A stretch of DNA of 63,840 bases, the filler included, from Octopus bimaculoides (Eukaryota), in assembly GCF_001194135.2 (NCBI RefSeq). It is 6 parts of 6 records of this genome, joined end to end, with 100 filler letters (N's around TTAATTAATTAA, not from the genome) between each part and the next. Parts side by side here need not be neighbours in the genome. Positions count along the whole stretch, not along the records: positions 23,127 to 43,699 come from NC_068991.1; positions 43,800 to 52,345 come from NC_068981.1; 4 more parts are not named here. One strand, given 5' to 3'. This document shows positions 38,086 to 49,673 of this stretch, piece by piece; the stretch's first letter is position 1; every line of letters begins with the position of its first letter. The notes under the pieces are model-generated. The model searched no databases. It saw only the letters and a list, made by a program, of their open reading frames with translations, and had not been told where the DNA came from. The position numbers and the translations under genes were made by a program.

Positions 38086-39479
38086 TTCAGTGTCGGAAGA
38101 TATAACGTAAAGCATTTTGTCCGACGCTCTAACCATTCTGCCCGGTCACGTTTTTGTAATTAGGCGGTGAGGTGGGAGAATTATTATAATATAATAATAT
38201 AATATAATATTTTAGTAATAGTGATAACATATTAAAATTCAAAATATACGGTATAAAGGACAATGGGACCGAGAAGGAGAACTTGCATATTCAATTAGAT
38301 ATCTCGATATATTCTGACCAAAACATAACCCGGAAGAATCCCTCCAAAATTATTTATAAGCATAAAAACCACGAATTAATAAAAAAAAAATTAAACAAGT
38401 TGTTTTGTATGGGAATAAAAAACGGTAATGAAGAAACAAAGAATCATGAACAAAATCATATTTCCTATACAATGCCTCCCAATTTGCTGTGAATTCCAAA
38501 ATATAGGCCTAAGCTATTACAAGTAAGCAAAACCAGACACTTTGAATTCTACAACTAGTACATCACATGTTCTATATTTATCGTGATAAAATAATAAATA
38601 TTAGAGAATACATATTTACACAATCATGGAACAATAAAATATGACAATTCACACAGTACATGTTCCCCACAATCACCAACAAATAAAATGTCACAAGTCA
38701 CACGTCACCGCCCAATAAAATATCACAGCAGATAATCAACATCATCACCATGTAATGAAAGAACACAGACCTCCCAATAAAACTATATAACTTACATAGC
38801 AATCATTTCCCAATCCTATAAAGATTTTCACAACAAAAATAATAAAACAATAGAATACGAGACAAACCCGCAACAACGCAAAGTAAATTAGGGGTAATAC
38901 AAACAGCTTCCCTTCCTACAACAACCCCCAAAAGGAACACATTTCAGGGACATGGAAATACTGCAGCCAGCGATTAAGTATGTAGTCGTTCGATGCACGA
39001 TATTTTCCAGCCACGAATCCTTGTTATAACACTCTTCCGTCTTAAAATGAACACACTGGTTGATGTAGTCCAAGATACACTATACTCGAAAAAGAAAGGA
39101 AAATTGCAGCTGGAACTCCTTTGATTATATACTATATTAGGTTAATGTGGCTAAACAATAATACTAGAGGGACATTGGCGGCGGAGTGAAAAAACACGCA
39201 CGTAAAGTTGGTTGACGAATGAAACGGAAAAGTTATGTATATTTTGTGAAACCATGTTAACCAGACATAATTAATTGAGGAGGCTAATATAATTAATATA
39301 GTGAAACAAAAAATAATTAATAAAATCGTATCCGTCTCTTTCGGCAGTCACTCGTAATTAAATATAATTTGGTAACAAAACAAGTTTTTAGGTCTTTTTG
39401 TTGGTTTTTTTTTTTTTCGTTTTTATATTCCATGAAGTAACTTCATCAATGAGGTTTCACTCTTTCGTGACACTGTAGA

Positions 39480-40005
39480 CCAAAGGCGCAAGTATAAATA
39501 TGCCCTGAGATGTCACAGAATATCATTGATAGATCCGATGTTGTGGATATTAACTCTAGCTTTTTCTCACTTCTCTTTTTGTTGTTTAGTCCAGTTCAAC
39601 TCCGCAACTTTTACCCCTTTCTCCATAACTCTCCAACACTGCCCACGCTTGATCGCTGTCTTATACGCAACAGTAAGCACACCACTCTCTTCATTGCGAT
39701 GTCGTTTAATCTAAACTTTGCAACGGACTTTCTGACGTTCATTTCGAAGTTTTCCGCATTTCAGCTCGCTGTAGACCAGGGCCTTGCATATCGAATAACA
39801 TCCATGCGAATCACTTGTTTCACCCAAAGCAGCTACAATTCCCGATTAAAAACTGGAAACTCGTGTGCACTGCAGGGCCACCTGGTTGAAGATGTGGATT
39901 ACCATCAGCTTTCTGAGTTATCAACGATAGAATTTGTAGAAAAAACAGATGGTGGTGTTTCTGGGAGTGTCGTGACATATGTACCACAAAGCCGCAATAT
40001 GCTAT
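39480..40005 (-). mobile_element. RTE-clade LINE 3' fragment
   Basis: Minus strand WVKQVIRMD and CKALVYSELKCGK, then a KR..RK.R-like C-terminus. Confidence 0.78.
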
Positions 40006-40062
40006 AATACGCTATAATACGCAATGTGCTATAATATACTATAATACGCAATATGCTATAAT
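39993..40062. repeat. Degenerate short tandem repeat (GCAATATGCTATAATAC-like)
   Basis: Several imperfect units at the 5' break of the RTE fragment. Confidence 0.8.
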
Positions 40063-40241
40063 TACAGTATCAGCATCTCATCATCTCCAGACACAAATGG
40101 ATAATAGTCCTACCTCCTCAATCATTAGAAAACTAGATAAAACAATAGATTTAAAGTATCAAATCCAATGTCTTCCTCCTTACCAGTAGCACAAAAAGCG
40201 TAAAATAAAAAAATCCCTCACACTGAATAACAGAAACATAC

Positions 40242-40309
<68 letters not shown>

Positions 40310-40578
40310 AACAAAACAAAGATTCGAGGAAATACATACAATAATTCCATAATATTTACAGCACACAGAGAGTATTTGGTAGTGAAAGGAAAAGGCAGAG
40401 AAGTATCATTTATATCAGTATCGTGTTTGCCTGATAGAAAGAAACAACAGTGATATAGAAACAATATATTAAATAAATTAGTGTCTGTGTCAGCCATTCC
40501 TGAGCCCTCAATCTCTTCACAAACCATCGTAAAACAGTATAGAATATAATCAACAAAAATAACACATTTTGGATCATC

Positions 40579-40620
40579 ACAGGTTGCACACAGGTTGCAC
40601 ACAGGTTGCACACAGGTCAC
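40579..40620. repeat. 12-bp tandem repeat (ACAGGTTGCACA-type) x3.5
   Basis: Directly visible. Confidence 0.9.
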
Positions 40621-41449
40621 ACCTGTAGAAAAATAGTAAAAAAAAAAACTCACTGGATCATACGAGCAGCACATTTCATTTGAGCATCAGGCATCAATCT
40701 TTGTAGTTAAAACACAAAATCATTCCAATCAGCCGACACATCTACATCCTTAAAACGCAATTGTATAAAGCCATCTTACGAAAACAGTCTCTCCTAATCG
40801 GCCTAGTGAAACATAAAAAACACGCACAAATCGCATCAACATCAATATCATTATTAAACCCGAGTGCTGTGCTGGGATAAATACGAATGATAAGTGACTG
40901 TCGACATAAGTTTGTAGACCTATGTTTGTTCCGTCAGAGTTGATGTGAGGTTAGATAACAACAGCAGCAACGAAAGTACAGAAATTGTGGAGAGAGAGAG
41001 AGAGAGAGTGACATTATTCAGGTGACTACCTTGCACTCGATTGAATCAACCACACTATTTCATACGATTCAGTGTGGTTTTCAACTGGTCAGAGGTTTGG
41101 TATAACTGGAACAAAAGTTCTATGAGTGGTAGTGGTAGGTAACCGTCTTAGCCGATAACTACATGTGATGAATCTGCTTGATCTGAGTTATGCTGAACAC
41201 AATAGTAATAACATATTAAGAAACCATTCACTAATTGAAAACAAAATCACCCTGCATAGAATCACTTTTAACATAGACACAAGGCCACAAATACCTTCAA
41301 GTAGAAAATTTGATTATGAAATCAATCTTAATCATAAACCATAACGAAAATCTGAGCAGGCAAATAATACACTGTGTATATTTAATGATCTGAATATTAA
41401 ATAAGATTTGTCTTAACTGACTACTAATTATAACATTAATCAACTATTG

Positions 41450-41690
41450 TATATCACACAAATTAACTGGCAATCATTACACGAATTAACTATTTACTAT
41501 CACACGAATTAATTATTAATTACCACCCGAATGAATTATGATGACAAGAATTGACTATTATTATACGAATTAATTATTAATTAATATATAAGTTAATTAC
41601 TTACTGCCGCACGAATCATCTAAAAATTATTATGCAATGTAAGTATTAATTATTATAAAAATAAATTATTATTTATTATACGAACTCAAA
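41450..41690. repeat. Decayed minisatellite with recurring CACGAATTAA(C/T)TATT
   Basis: Motif recurs several times at roughly 20-30 bp spacing. Confidence 0.65.
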
Positions 41691-42028
41691 TGAATTATAA
41701 AACTAAGACATCACCAACCGCACCGAATAATTTTTTCATACCAACTGAATTTACTTTGGATTTGAATGGTCTAACTAATGATTATAGTTACACCAACAAA
41801 TCAGAATTAAAACGCCATTGTTGTAAACTGAAATTTCATTCACTTTTGAAACCAGAATTAAATCATAAGAATTTAGAAACTTCAAGAGAACCTGAAATAA
41901 TTCTTTCGCGTGTAAATATTAAGCTTTAAAATCGTTTCGAAACAGAAATCGTTACGTATGTATTATTATATATTATTATGCATTAGTATGTAATACTATG
42001 TATATCTACTGCTTATGTGTATCTAAAT

Positions 42029-42348
42029 CAAGGGTTCTCAATCATTTTTTGTCTATGGGCCCCTTTGACTATTGTTCTGTTATGGTGGGCCGCAAAGCTA
42101 TTCGATGTTTTACAAACTACTTTTATATAAACTTCTATCAAAATTCCTATTTTGTTTTTCACATATTAACTCGTATAGGTTGAACTATCTAAAACGTTAG
42201 AGAAAAACATTTAGTTGTTTTTTACAATAAATACATTTAAAGCAAAATATTTTCATAGAACCTTCAAATATTACTGTGGGTTTCCATTTTGATATTTTGC
42301 TTCTGTGGACCCCGAAGGAGTTAAATGGAGCACGGTGAAAAACCACTG
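42029..42348. mobile_element. hAT (Charlie-like) MITE with 8-bp TSD
   Basis: Imperfect TIRs CAAGGGTTCTCAA / GTGAAAAACCACTG; exact TSD ATCTAAAT at 42021-42028 and 42349-42356. Confidence 0.9.
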
Positions 42349-42813
42349 ATCTAAATGTATAACAAATAGTGTAACAGCAAAGATTTCACAGGTGATTTAT
42401 CGAACACAAACATCATTTATGTAATTACGTAACAAATTAATGAATCCATCCCATTTAAATTAATTAACAAGCATTTATATAAATAAATTAGGTAATTGTA
42501 TGAATAATGATATTTGTATTCTAACCGTTGGAATAGCTGTGGAGTAAAATTAAATTGTGAATCATTTGTGTAATCTTCGCTTTTTTTTTTTACTAAATAT
42601 ATTGACTCTGAAAAATCGTTTAATCAATTTTTTTTACACATGCAAACAAATTTCCCTTCTAATTATTGCATTGCAATAATATATATGAGTTTAATGATAT
42701 ATTAATAATTGAGGTCTTAAATACAGCTGATACATTTTATGGTGATTGAATCATGAATTCAATATCTTAAACTATATATGTGTGTATGTGTGTGTATGGG
42801 TGTATATATATAT

Positions 42814-42861
<48 letters not shown>

Positions 42862-43089
42862 GTCTGTATGTATGTATATGTATATATATGCACATATATA
42901 TATGCATATATATAGATGTCTGTCTATGTATTTATATGTAAATATATGTTTATTTGTATGTATATAGATAAATATATATATATATTCATGTATGTATATA
43001 TGCCTTATTTAACACACTCACCGGTAAAGTTTCCGCTCATTTACTTATTTATTTTTCTTGAAATTTTCGTTGCGTCTTGCAACCTTTTC

Positions 43090-43340
43090 ACTACATGGTT
43101 TAGTGATAAAGGTATTGCACTCACGATTGCGAGATCGTGGATTTGATTCCCAGACCGGGCGTTGCGTTGTGCTCTTGAGCAAAGCACTTCATTTCACGTT
43201 GCTCTGCGATCATTTCGACATCTGACATGCGGCATCCGTTGCACTTGTACAGGTAATGTAGATTCTGGTAGAATGAGTGGGCTTATGTCTAAACAAATCA
43301 TCTACGTGGTTGTTTGGTAAGAAAGTGTCGAACCAAAAGG
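43090..43340 (+). mobile_element. tRNA-derived SINE (family D), diverged
   Basis: TGGTTTAGTG A-box-like and TTTGATTCCC B-box-like motifs, then TTGAGCAAAGCACTT; shares CCCAGACC.GGCGTTG with family C. Confidence 0.65.
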
Positions 43341-43655
43341 CAATATTTATCATTCACTAAAGTGAATGTCGTGTTAGAATACAAAATACTGCGTCATTTA
43401 CTATGACGGAACCACTCAAATGGACTTGTAGTCCTTAAAAGCACTAGTGTTTATGTTGCTGGCAGGTGATAACCATCCGCTACGCCCGTCGGAACTGTCA
43501 GATCATGCAATTTCGACTTTTCTTGGACTTGTCAGTGACAAGCGTCCACGGCTAGACATAGCAATCAATTTCCCCGTCAGTGAAATATTCCTGGACAGAC
43601 ACTGAAGACCGAAATCACGTGATGTTTGTATGTGTGTATTTACATATATGTATAT

Positions 43656-43699
<44 letters not shown>

Positions 43700-43799
43700 N
43701 NNNNNNNNNNNNNNNNNNNNNNNNNNNNNNNNNNNNNNNNNNNTTAATTAATTAANNNNNNNNNNNNNNNNNNNNNNNNNNNNNNNNNNNNNNNNNNNN
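43700..43799. other. Assembly linker 44N-TTAATTAATTAA-44N
   Basis: Exactly 100 bp. Confidence 0.97.
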
Positions 43800-45264
43800 T
43801 ATATATATATATATCCCAGCTATAAGATCTAACTTCAACGCAATGTGTGAAAAATTACGTGAGGTGAAACATTTAGAGAGAGAAGACAAGAAAACTACTG
43901 ACAGAGTTCAGAAATCATCCAGCCCGGAGCATATATAGAAACCGTATATATACCACTTTCTCAGGTAAGTTGCGCCCCGATACAAGTAGAACATCCATTA
44001 CACAAGAAAATAAAATAGGATTAGAACTGAAATCGGAGCAAACCAATGGAGAGTGATTAATTAGCGTTAGAGCAAAACACGAAATACATGAATGTTATTC
44101 TTTCTTCTTCATGGATAAATTCAAATTTAGACTGGGAAATAACTCCACAGAATAGAATATGTCAACATGAAGGAAACGATGGAGGAGAAAACGAAAGTGA
44201 AATTCCAAAATACACTAAGGAAAAGTAAAAGAGAAATGCTACAATACCAAACAATGCAAAAGTTACCGTAGAAAATAACCGAAAGTGAAATCCTATTATT
44301 CATAAATTTCTCTGGGCTGAAAATTGAAAATGTTCTAATATTAATGGAAGTAAAAAAAGAAAGAAACAATGTGTAGCCACCAGCAACTAAGTCACAAATA
44401 CCAAACCCTAAATTACTGCCTCCAACTACAGTTCTGAAAGTATTGACGACGTCATGTTCAACGTTGTAGTCAACGCTGGCTGTATTGACAGTCACAACGG
44501 AGTCGGAAGATACAAAACCACATCTACACGAACTGATAAGTGGTATTGAGGTGCACGAAACCCCGTAACTGACAGCTGTATTTATATCAAAACTGATGAG
44601 GAAACGATATCAAATCATCAAAATTTAATCATAGACATGAGCGAAAATAACATTACAGTGAAACAAAATGTTTCACTACAAGACAATCGCTAATGTTAAC
44701 GAAGTATTGTTTTAAATGATTTGGCCTTTCTTTTTAAACTATTGCTATTTGAAGTGCAATATAAGTAGCTTCAATTTAGCTTTAAAAAAATCGGAATTAA
44801 TGTAAATATAATTTGTTAAATTAAAAATCGAGACAGTTTTGTTGATTTTATAATATTCTTTATTTTTATTGTTTGTTGACTGGGAATATTTTGTTACTAC
44901 ACTACATTTAAAAAGAGAAGGCATTTACATTCCAAGACTGTAGTGATATTTGCAGTGAAAAGGTGGGATATTTGCCTTTGTCAACAATAGTAAGCGTGTT
45001 GCTTGATTGAAAGAAAATATTAGACATCAAATATTAATGCTACACATTTCCGCTGAAAGATAGTTTTGCTTTAGAAAATACATGAGATCATGACACCTCT
45101 ATACTAGTTCTTCTTTCCTCACTCACAATGCGTCTGTTGGCATCTGTTTTCAAACTATATTTCCTCTCCTGCGTTGGGGAGACAAAGGGAATTTGATTTT
45201 ATTATTGCAATACAGAAACAAGAACAAAAACAATAATGACATATAATGATAGCGACAATGGTAA

Positions 45265-45375
45265 TTCTGGGTACAAGGCTTGAAATTTTGTGGGAGAGAG
45301 AGCTATTTGATTAGGAATTATCTTATGAACAAAAGGCCGCTCGAATTTTACTTGGCGTGCTAACGATTCTGCCAG

Positions 45376-45376
<1 letters not shown>
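45265..45376 (-). mobile_element. SINE family A, fragmented
   Basis: Tail GGTACAAGGCTTGAAATTTTG and head GGCGTGCTAACGATTCTGCCAGCT; core lost. Confidence 0.7.

Positions 45377-45380
<4 letters not shown>

Positions 45381-45458
<78 letters not shown>
45381..45458. repeat. (ACT)n/(AGT)n head-to-head microsatellite palindrome
   Basis: Centre CTAG at 45418-45421; 39-nt perfect arms. Confidence 0.95.
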
Positions 45459-45509
45459 TAATATTATGAATAATAATAATAATCATAATCATAATAATAA
45501 TAATAATAG

Positions 45510-45712
45510 TCCTTTCTACTATAGGCACAGGATCTGAACTTTTGCGGGAGAGGACTAGTCGATTACGTCGATCCCAGCATTTCGCTGGTTCTTAATTTAT
45601 CGATCTCGAAAGAATGAAAGAATTCGTCAGAATTTGATCTCAGAACGTAAAGACGTGGGAAATGCTGCCAACCATTTTTCCTGGCGTGCTAACGACTCTG
45701 CGAGTTCACTGC
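45510..45712 (-). mobile_element. SINE family A
   Basis: Reverse-complement tail, core and head. Confidence 0.88.
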
Positions 45713-45716
45713 ATTG

Positions 45717-45769
<53 letters not shown>

Positions 45770-46074
45770 ATGCCCTGATTCAGTACCAGGCAGTGGCTCT
45801 CATGGATTCTGATCTTAATCGATTGGAAGTGTTATCATGTACATTGTTTTGCCTTGGTATAAAAGATGGACTACAGAAAATATTCTGCTTAATACCATAG
45901 ATTTGCTTGTCAGTTGCTGTTTATCTTGATATGAGATCACCATGTCGTGCATATATCGTTGTGATGTGATGTATGTGCCTGGTGTACCCTTAGACGCGTA
46001 GTCATGATGGGTATAATGGGCTTCGTATATTTTACCCCAGTGTCACTTTGATGGCATGCACTGCTCTCTCATTC

Positions 46075-46075
<1 letters not shown>
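45770..46075 (+). mobile_element. Non-coding interspersed element embedded in (AAT)n
   Basis: GC-richer ~300-bp island flanked on both sides by AAT tracts; resembles from memory a common octopus repeat. Confidence 0.5.
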
Positions 46076-46136
<61 letters not shown>

Positions 46137-46644
46137 TGATGATGATGATGATAATGGTAAAAATAATAAGAAGCATAAGAAAATGCACAGTGTGTGAATA
46201 ATGGTGGGCACCACTAACCAAAGATCCAAGACATACTGCCAAATAATTAAGCAACCTGAGTGCAGTAGAACTTGATAAGATTCACAGTAATTAGAAAATA
46301 GGCGAAACATGAGGAAGTGACAAATATCTTTACTGTTACAGAATAAAAAGGAAGAAATAAGCACAGAAACGTTTCAAAGAATTGTAAAGCAAAGATCTTA
46401 TAGGATATGCCAATACATTCACAAATGGAAAAAACATCGCATATTTATCAAATGTTGTTTTCTAACACCTCCTAATTGAGGTATAAGTCCCTAAAAATAT
46501 TTGCATATTTCTAAAAGAAATGTTGAAATTATCCACATATAAAAATGTAGAGAGGGTTCAAAGAAGATTTGGAATCATGAAACAAAAATATGTAAGCACC
46601 CTTTGAATGATAAGAAAATGAATATCATTACCAACATTCCAGTA

Positions 46645-46847
46645 CAGCAATCCCTTGCCATTTCGCGGTTCACTTATCACGGTTAATCTATCGCGATTTA
46701 TTATTTAAGCTTACGTGGATTCCTCCATGGTGTTATTTTGCATTTATTATTAAATAAATATATACAAATTATGAAAATGATTAAAAATATATAGAGTACT
46801 GTACCGTTTCATCTATCGTAACACCCGCGGTAGCCGAGGGATTACTT
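46645..46847. mobile_element. Tigger/pogo-like MITE
   Basis: TA-CAGCAATCCCTTG ... CGAGGGATTACTT-TA: imperfect TIRs and TA TSD, ~200 bp. Confidence 0.78.
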
Positions 46848-48130
46848 TACTTACAAATAAACCTACTATGAGTACATATAACATTATAGACAACACAGGC
46901 AAAAACTCCTTACTGTGTACTGCAGTGGAAAACGTGCAAATTAAATATGAGTAAAGAAGAATAAAAATTAATATTTAAATTCAAAGCGTACGGCCACAGG
47001 ATTTCTGGTTAGATTAATGGTCGACTGTGAGGAACCCAAAGCTTAGCTCAGAAAGATGAAAAGAAATGTTGAACTGTATTCATATTAAAAGCATAAATTT
47101 CCAATCGGAAAATTATGGATATTCTTATTGAAATAATTGCCTTGATAGCACGAGAATAAATGCAGATAAACAATTAAAAAAATATTCGTGACTTACATTT
47201 ATGCTCAAATTAGTTCAAATATAACCACTATGCGATGTACACATATTAACGTTCAATATACGTTATATAATAGAGACATTCAAATACAGATGTGCCGAAA
47301 ATACGGGCCCAAGCCACACAAGACTAAACTCTGCTCCGCAGTGAAAATACACAATAGGGATGGCTTCATTTGTATAGCTTACAAGATATAATCAATATTA
47401 CCTAAAGTGTATCGTAGCATGCCATTTACTTGTAATGTGAATGTCAATTGCTCTGTCTATAATGATCTTTACAGCTAGTGAAATCGATACATTACTCTTT
47501 ATATCGACTGTAGTAGCGGATGAAAATTCGTATTCTCTTGAGTATCTGGGAGAGCAATTATTGTAAGCAATACGGATGTCTAGAGCCGTGATGCTGAATG
47601 ATGGCAGCTTCTATAGATCGTTATTTAAGGTATTGTTTCCTTCTGATGTATATTTACAATCAATGATGAATTAATAAGGTAAAATATGATAATTAAATCA
47701 TCAAACTGCTGATGATCTATAATTTGTGAGTAATTGAAACAAATGAGAGAGGGTTAATGGGAATAAGTTATAGAGCATATGAATAGAGTATTTTGCATGT
47801 GTCCTTATGTTCTGAATACAAATCACTTGTTTTACCACTCATCATTTATAGCATATACAAAACCATGTTTCTTGTAATTTCTAATACTATTACTGTATTT
47901 AAACCAAACCCTTGTCTTGCTGATACAGAGCAAACAAGAAACCCATGGTTTCGAGCTATAGCAAAATATTTATTGTCATATTCCACGTATAATTTTTTAC
48001 ATACATGTTACACTGAATACACACGTCCTGCGCGCACACAAGTGAACACACCACAGCTAAAATCCTAGTAGCTTATTAATTGGTGCACTCACACTGCACA
48101 CTAATTAGTTTAGGTTACCAGTGAGCAAAA

Positions 48131-48218
48131 TTCTTCTTCTTCTTCTTCTTCTTCTTCTTCTTCTTCTTCTTCTTCTTCTTCTTCTTCTTCTTCTTCTTCT
48201 TCTTCTTCTTCTTCTTCT
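48131..48218. repeat. (CTT)n microsatellite
   Basis: Directly visible; runs into a gap. Confidence 0.98.
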
Positions 48219-48444
48219 NNNNNNNNNNNNNNNNNNNNNNNNNNNNNNNNNNNNNNNNNNNNNNNNNNNNNNNNNNNNNNNNNNNNNNNNNNNNNNNNNN
48301 NNNNNNNNNNNNNNNNNNNNNNNNNNNNNNNNNNNNNNNNNNNNNNNNNNNNNNNNNNNNNNNNNNNNNNNNNNNNNNNNNNNNNNNNNNNNNNNNNNNN
48401 NNNNNNNNNNNNNNNNNNNNNNNNNNNNNNNNNNNNNNNNNNNN

Positions 48445-48479
<35 letters not shown>

Positions 48480-48507
48480 TATATACATATATATATTGCG
48501 CATATAT

Positions 48508-49673
48508 TTTGGGTCATCTCATAAATAATCTAGATCTCTCCAATTGCATGAAAAAACCAGGTAGTAATTTTACTTGGACCTATTCTTTATGCAAGTTTTG
48601 AAGATTGCATTTCGAATTTAAGTGTCATCTTTTCAAAACTATAATCGAAGTGACAAAGCAGCATTTTCGGCATATTTTGCTTTAAATGTTCGATAAAGAA
48701 ATAACGCAGTAGAAGGTGCAGTATATGCAGTATATGGGGATTGGACAATAAGTGTAAGCTAGTGTCAGCAGTGGTTCCAGAAATTTCGAGAAACTTACAG
48801 CCCAAAAGGCGAACCGCGTCCTGGAAGATCAGTAGTGTTCGAGGGGGGCATCCTGCAAACTCTGGTGGAACAAAATCCCATCGTAACTGCTGAGTAGCTA
48901 GCAGAAAAAAAAAACTTGGATTCGTTATTCAAGGATTCATCAGCAAATTGAGTCAATCGCGCACAGAGATTGAATGAGTTCTCACCTTTGCTGTCACCTC
49001 ACACGAATGAACCATTTTTTGACCGAATATTGACTAGTGACGAGAGATGGGTTCTCTATAAAAACGTCAAGGGTTGAACACAGTGGGTAGGGAAAGGAGA
49101 AATACCGGCATCGCAGGTTAAACAAGGTCATCACCCGCGCAATATGTTGTTATTTGTGGGATATGAAAGATTTAGTCCACTTCGAACTTTTAAGCCGAAA
49201 CCAAAGGATAACAAATGAGAACTACTGCGAGCAGCTTAAGCGGCTTAAGTAAGAAATAAAGACCATCTTTGTTTTCAAGTCGAAAGGTGTTTTTGCATCA
49301 GGATAATGCTCGGCTACATAGAGCCAGGATGACTTTCCAAAAGCTGGGTCTGTTTCAATGGGAAACGATACGCCACCCAACATATTCGCCGGACATTGCC
49401 ACATCTGATTATCATTTACTCCCTAGGCTTCAAAATCATTTGAATGCTAAAAATATGAAATCTGCAGACGATTTCAGAACAATAATGAAGGAGTATTTGA
49501 AGTCAAGGACAAGTGAATTTTGGAAGAGTTGCCTTGCAAGTAAGTCTACCAGACAGATGGAAGTGCATTGTAGAATATGATGGAGAGTATGTTTTTGATT
49601 TAAAAAGAACTTTGTTTATCTTAATTTTGGAAAATAAATGAATAAAAACCGCATTATTTATGGGATGACCTAA
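48508..49673 (+). mobile_element. Near full-length D,D34D mariner; transposase pseudogene
   Basis: TIRs T(T/A)GGTCATC(T/C)CATAAATAAT; ILTSDERW, HQDNA and HPTYSPDIATSDYHL with exactly 34 residues between the 2nd and 3rd Asp; stops and frameshifts elsewhere. Confidence 0.96.

Noticed and set aside
39510-40007. 165-aa plus-strand ORF
   Set aside because: Antisense shadow of the RTE fragment on the minus strand.
44127-44495. 122-aa hydrophobic minus-strand ORF (receptor-like?)
   Set aside because: Hydrophobicity follows from the A-rich opposite strand; no recognisable motif or splice context.
44592-44606. CTGATGAGGAAAC (and CTGAAGACCGAAA at ~43602, CTGATGAG at 8181) as hammerhead cores
   Set aside because: No stem II between the core halves, or no GAAA / valid cleavage triplet.
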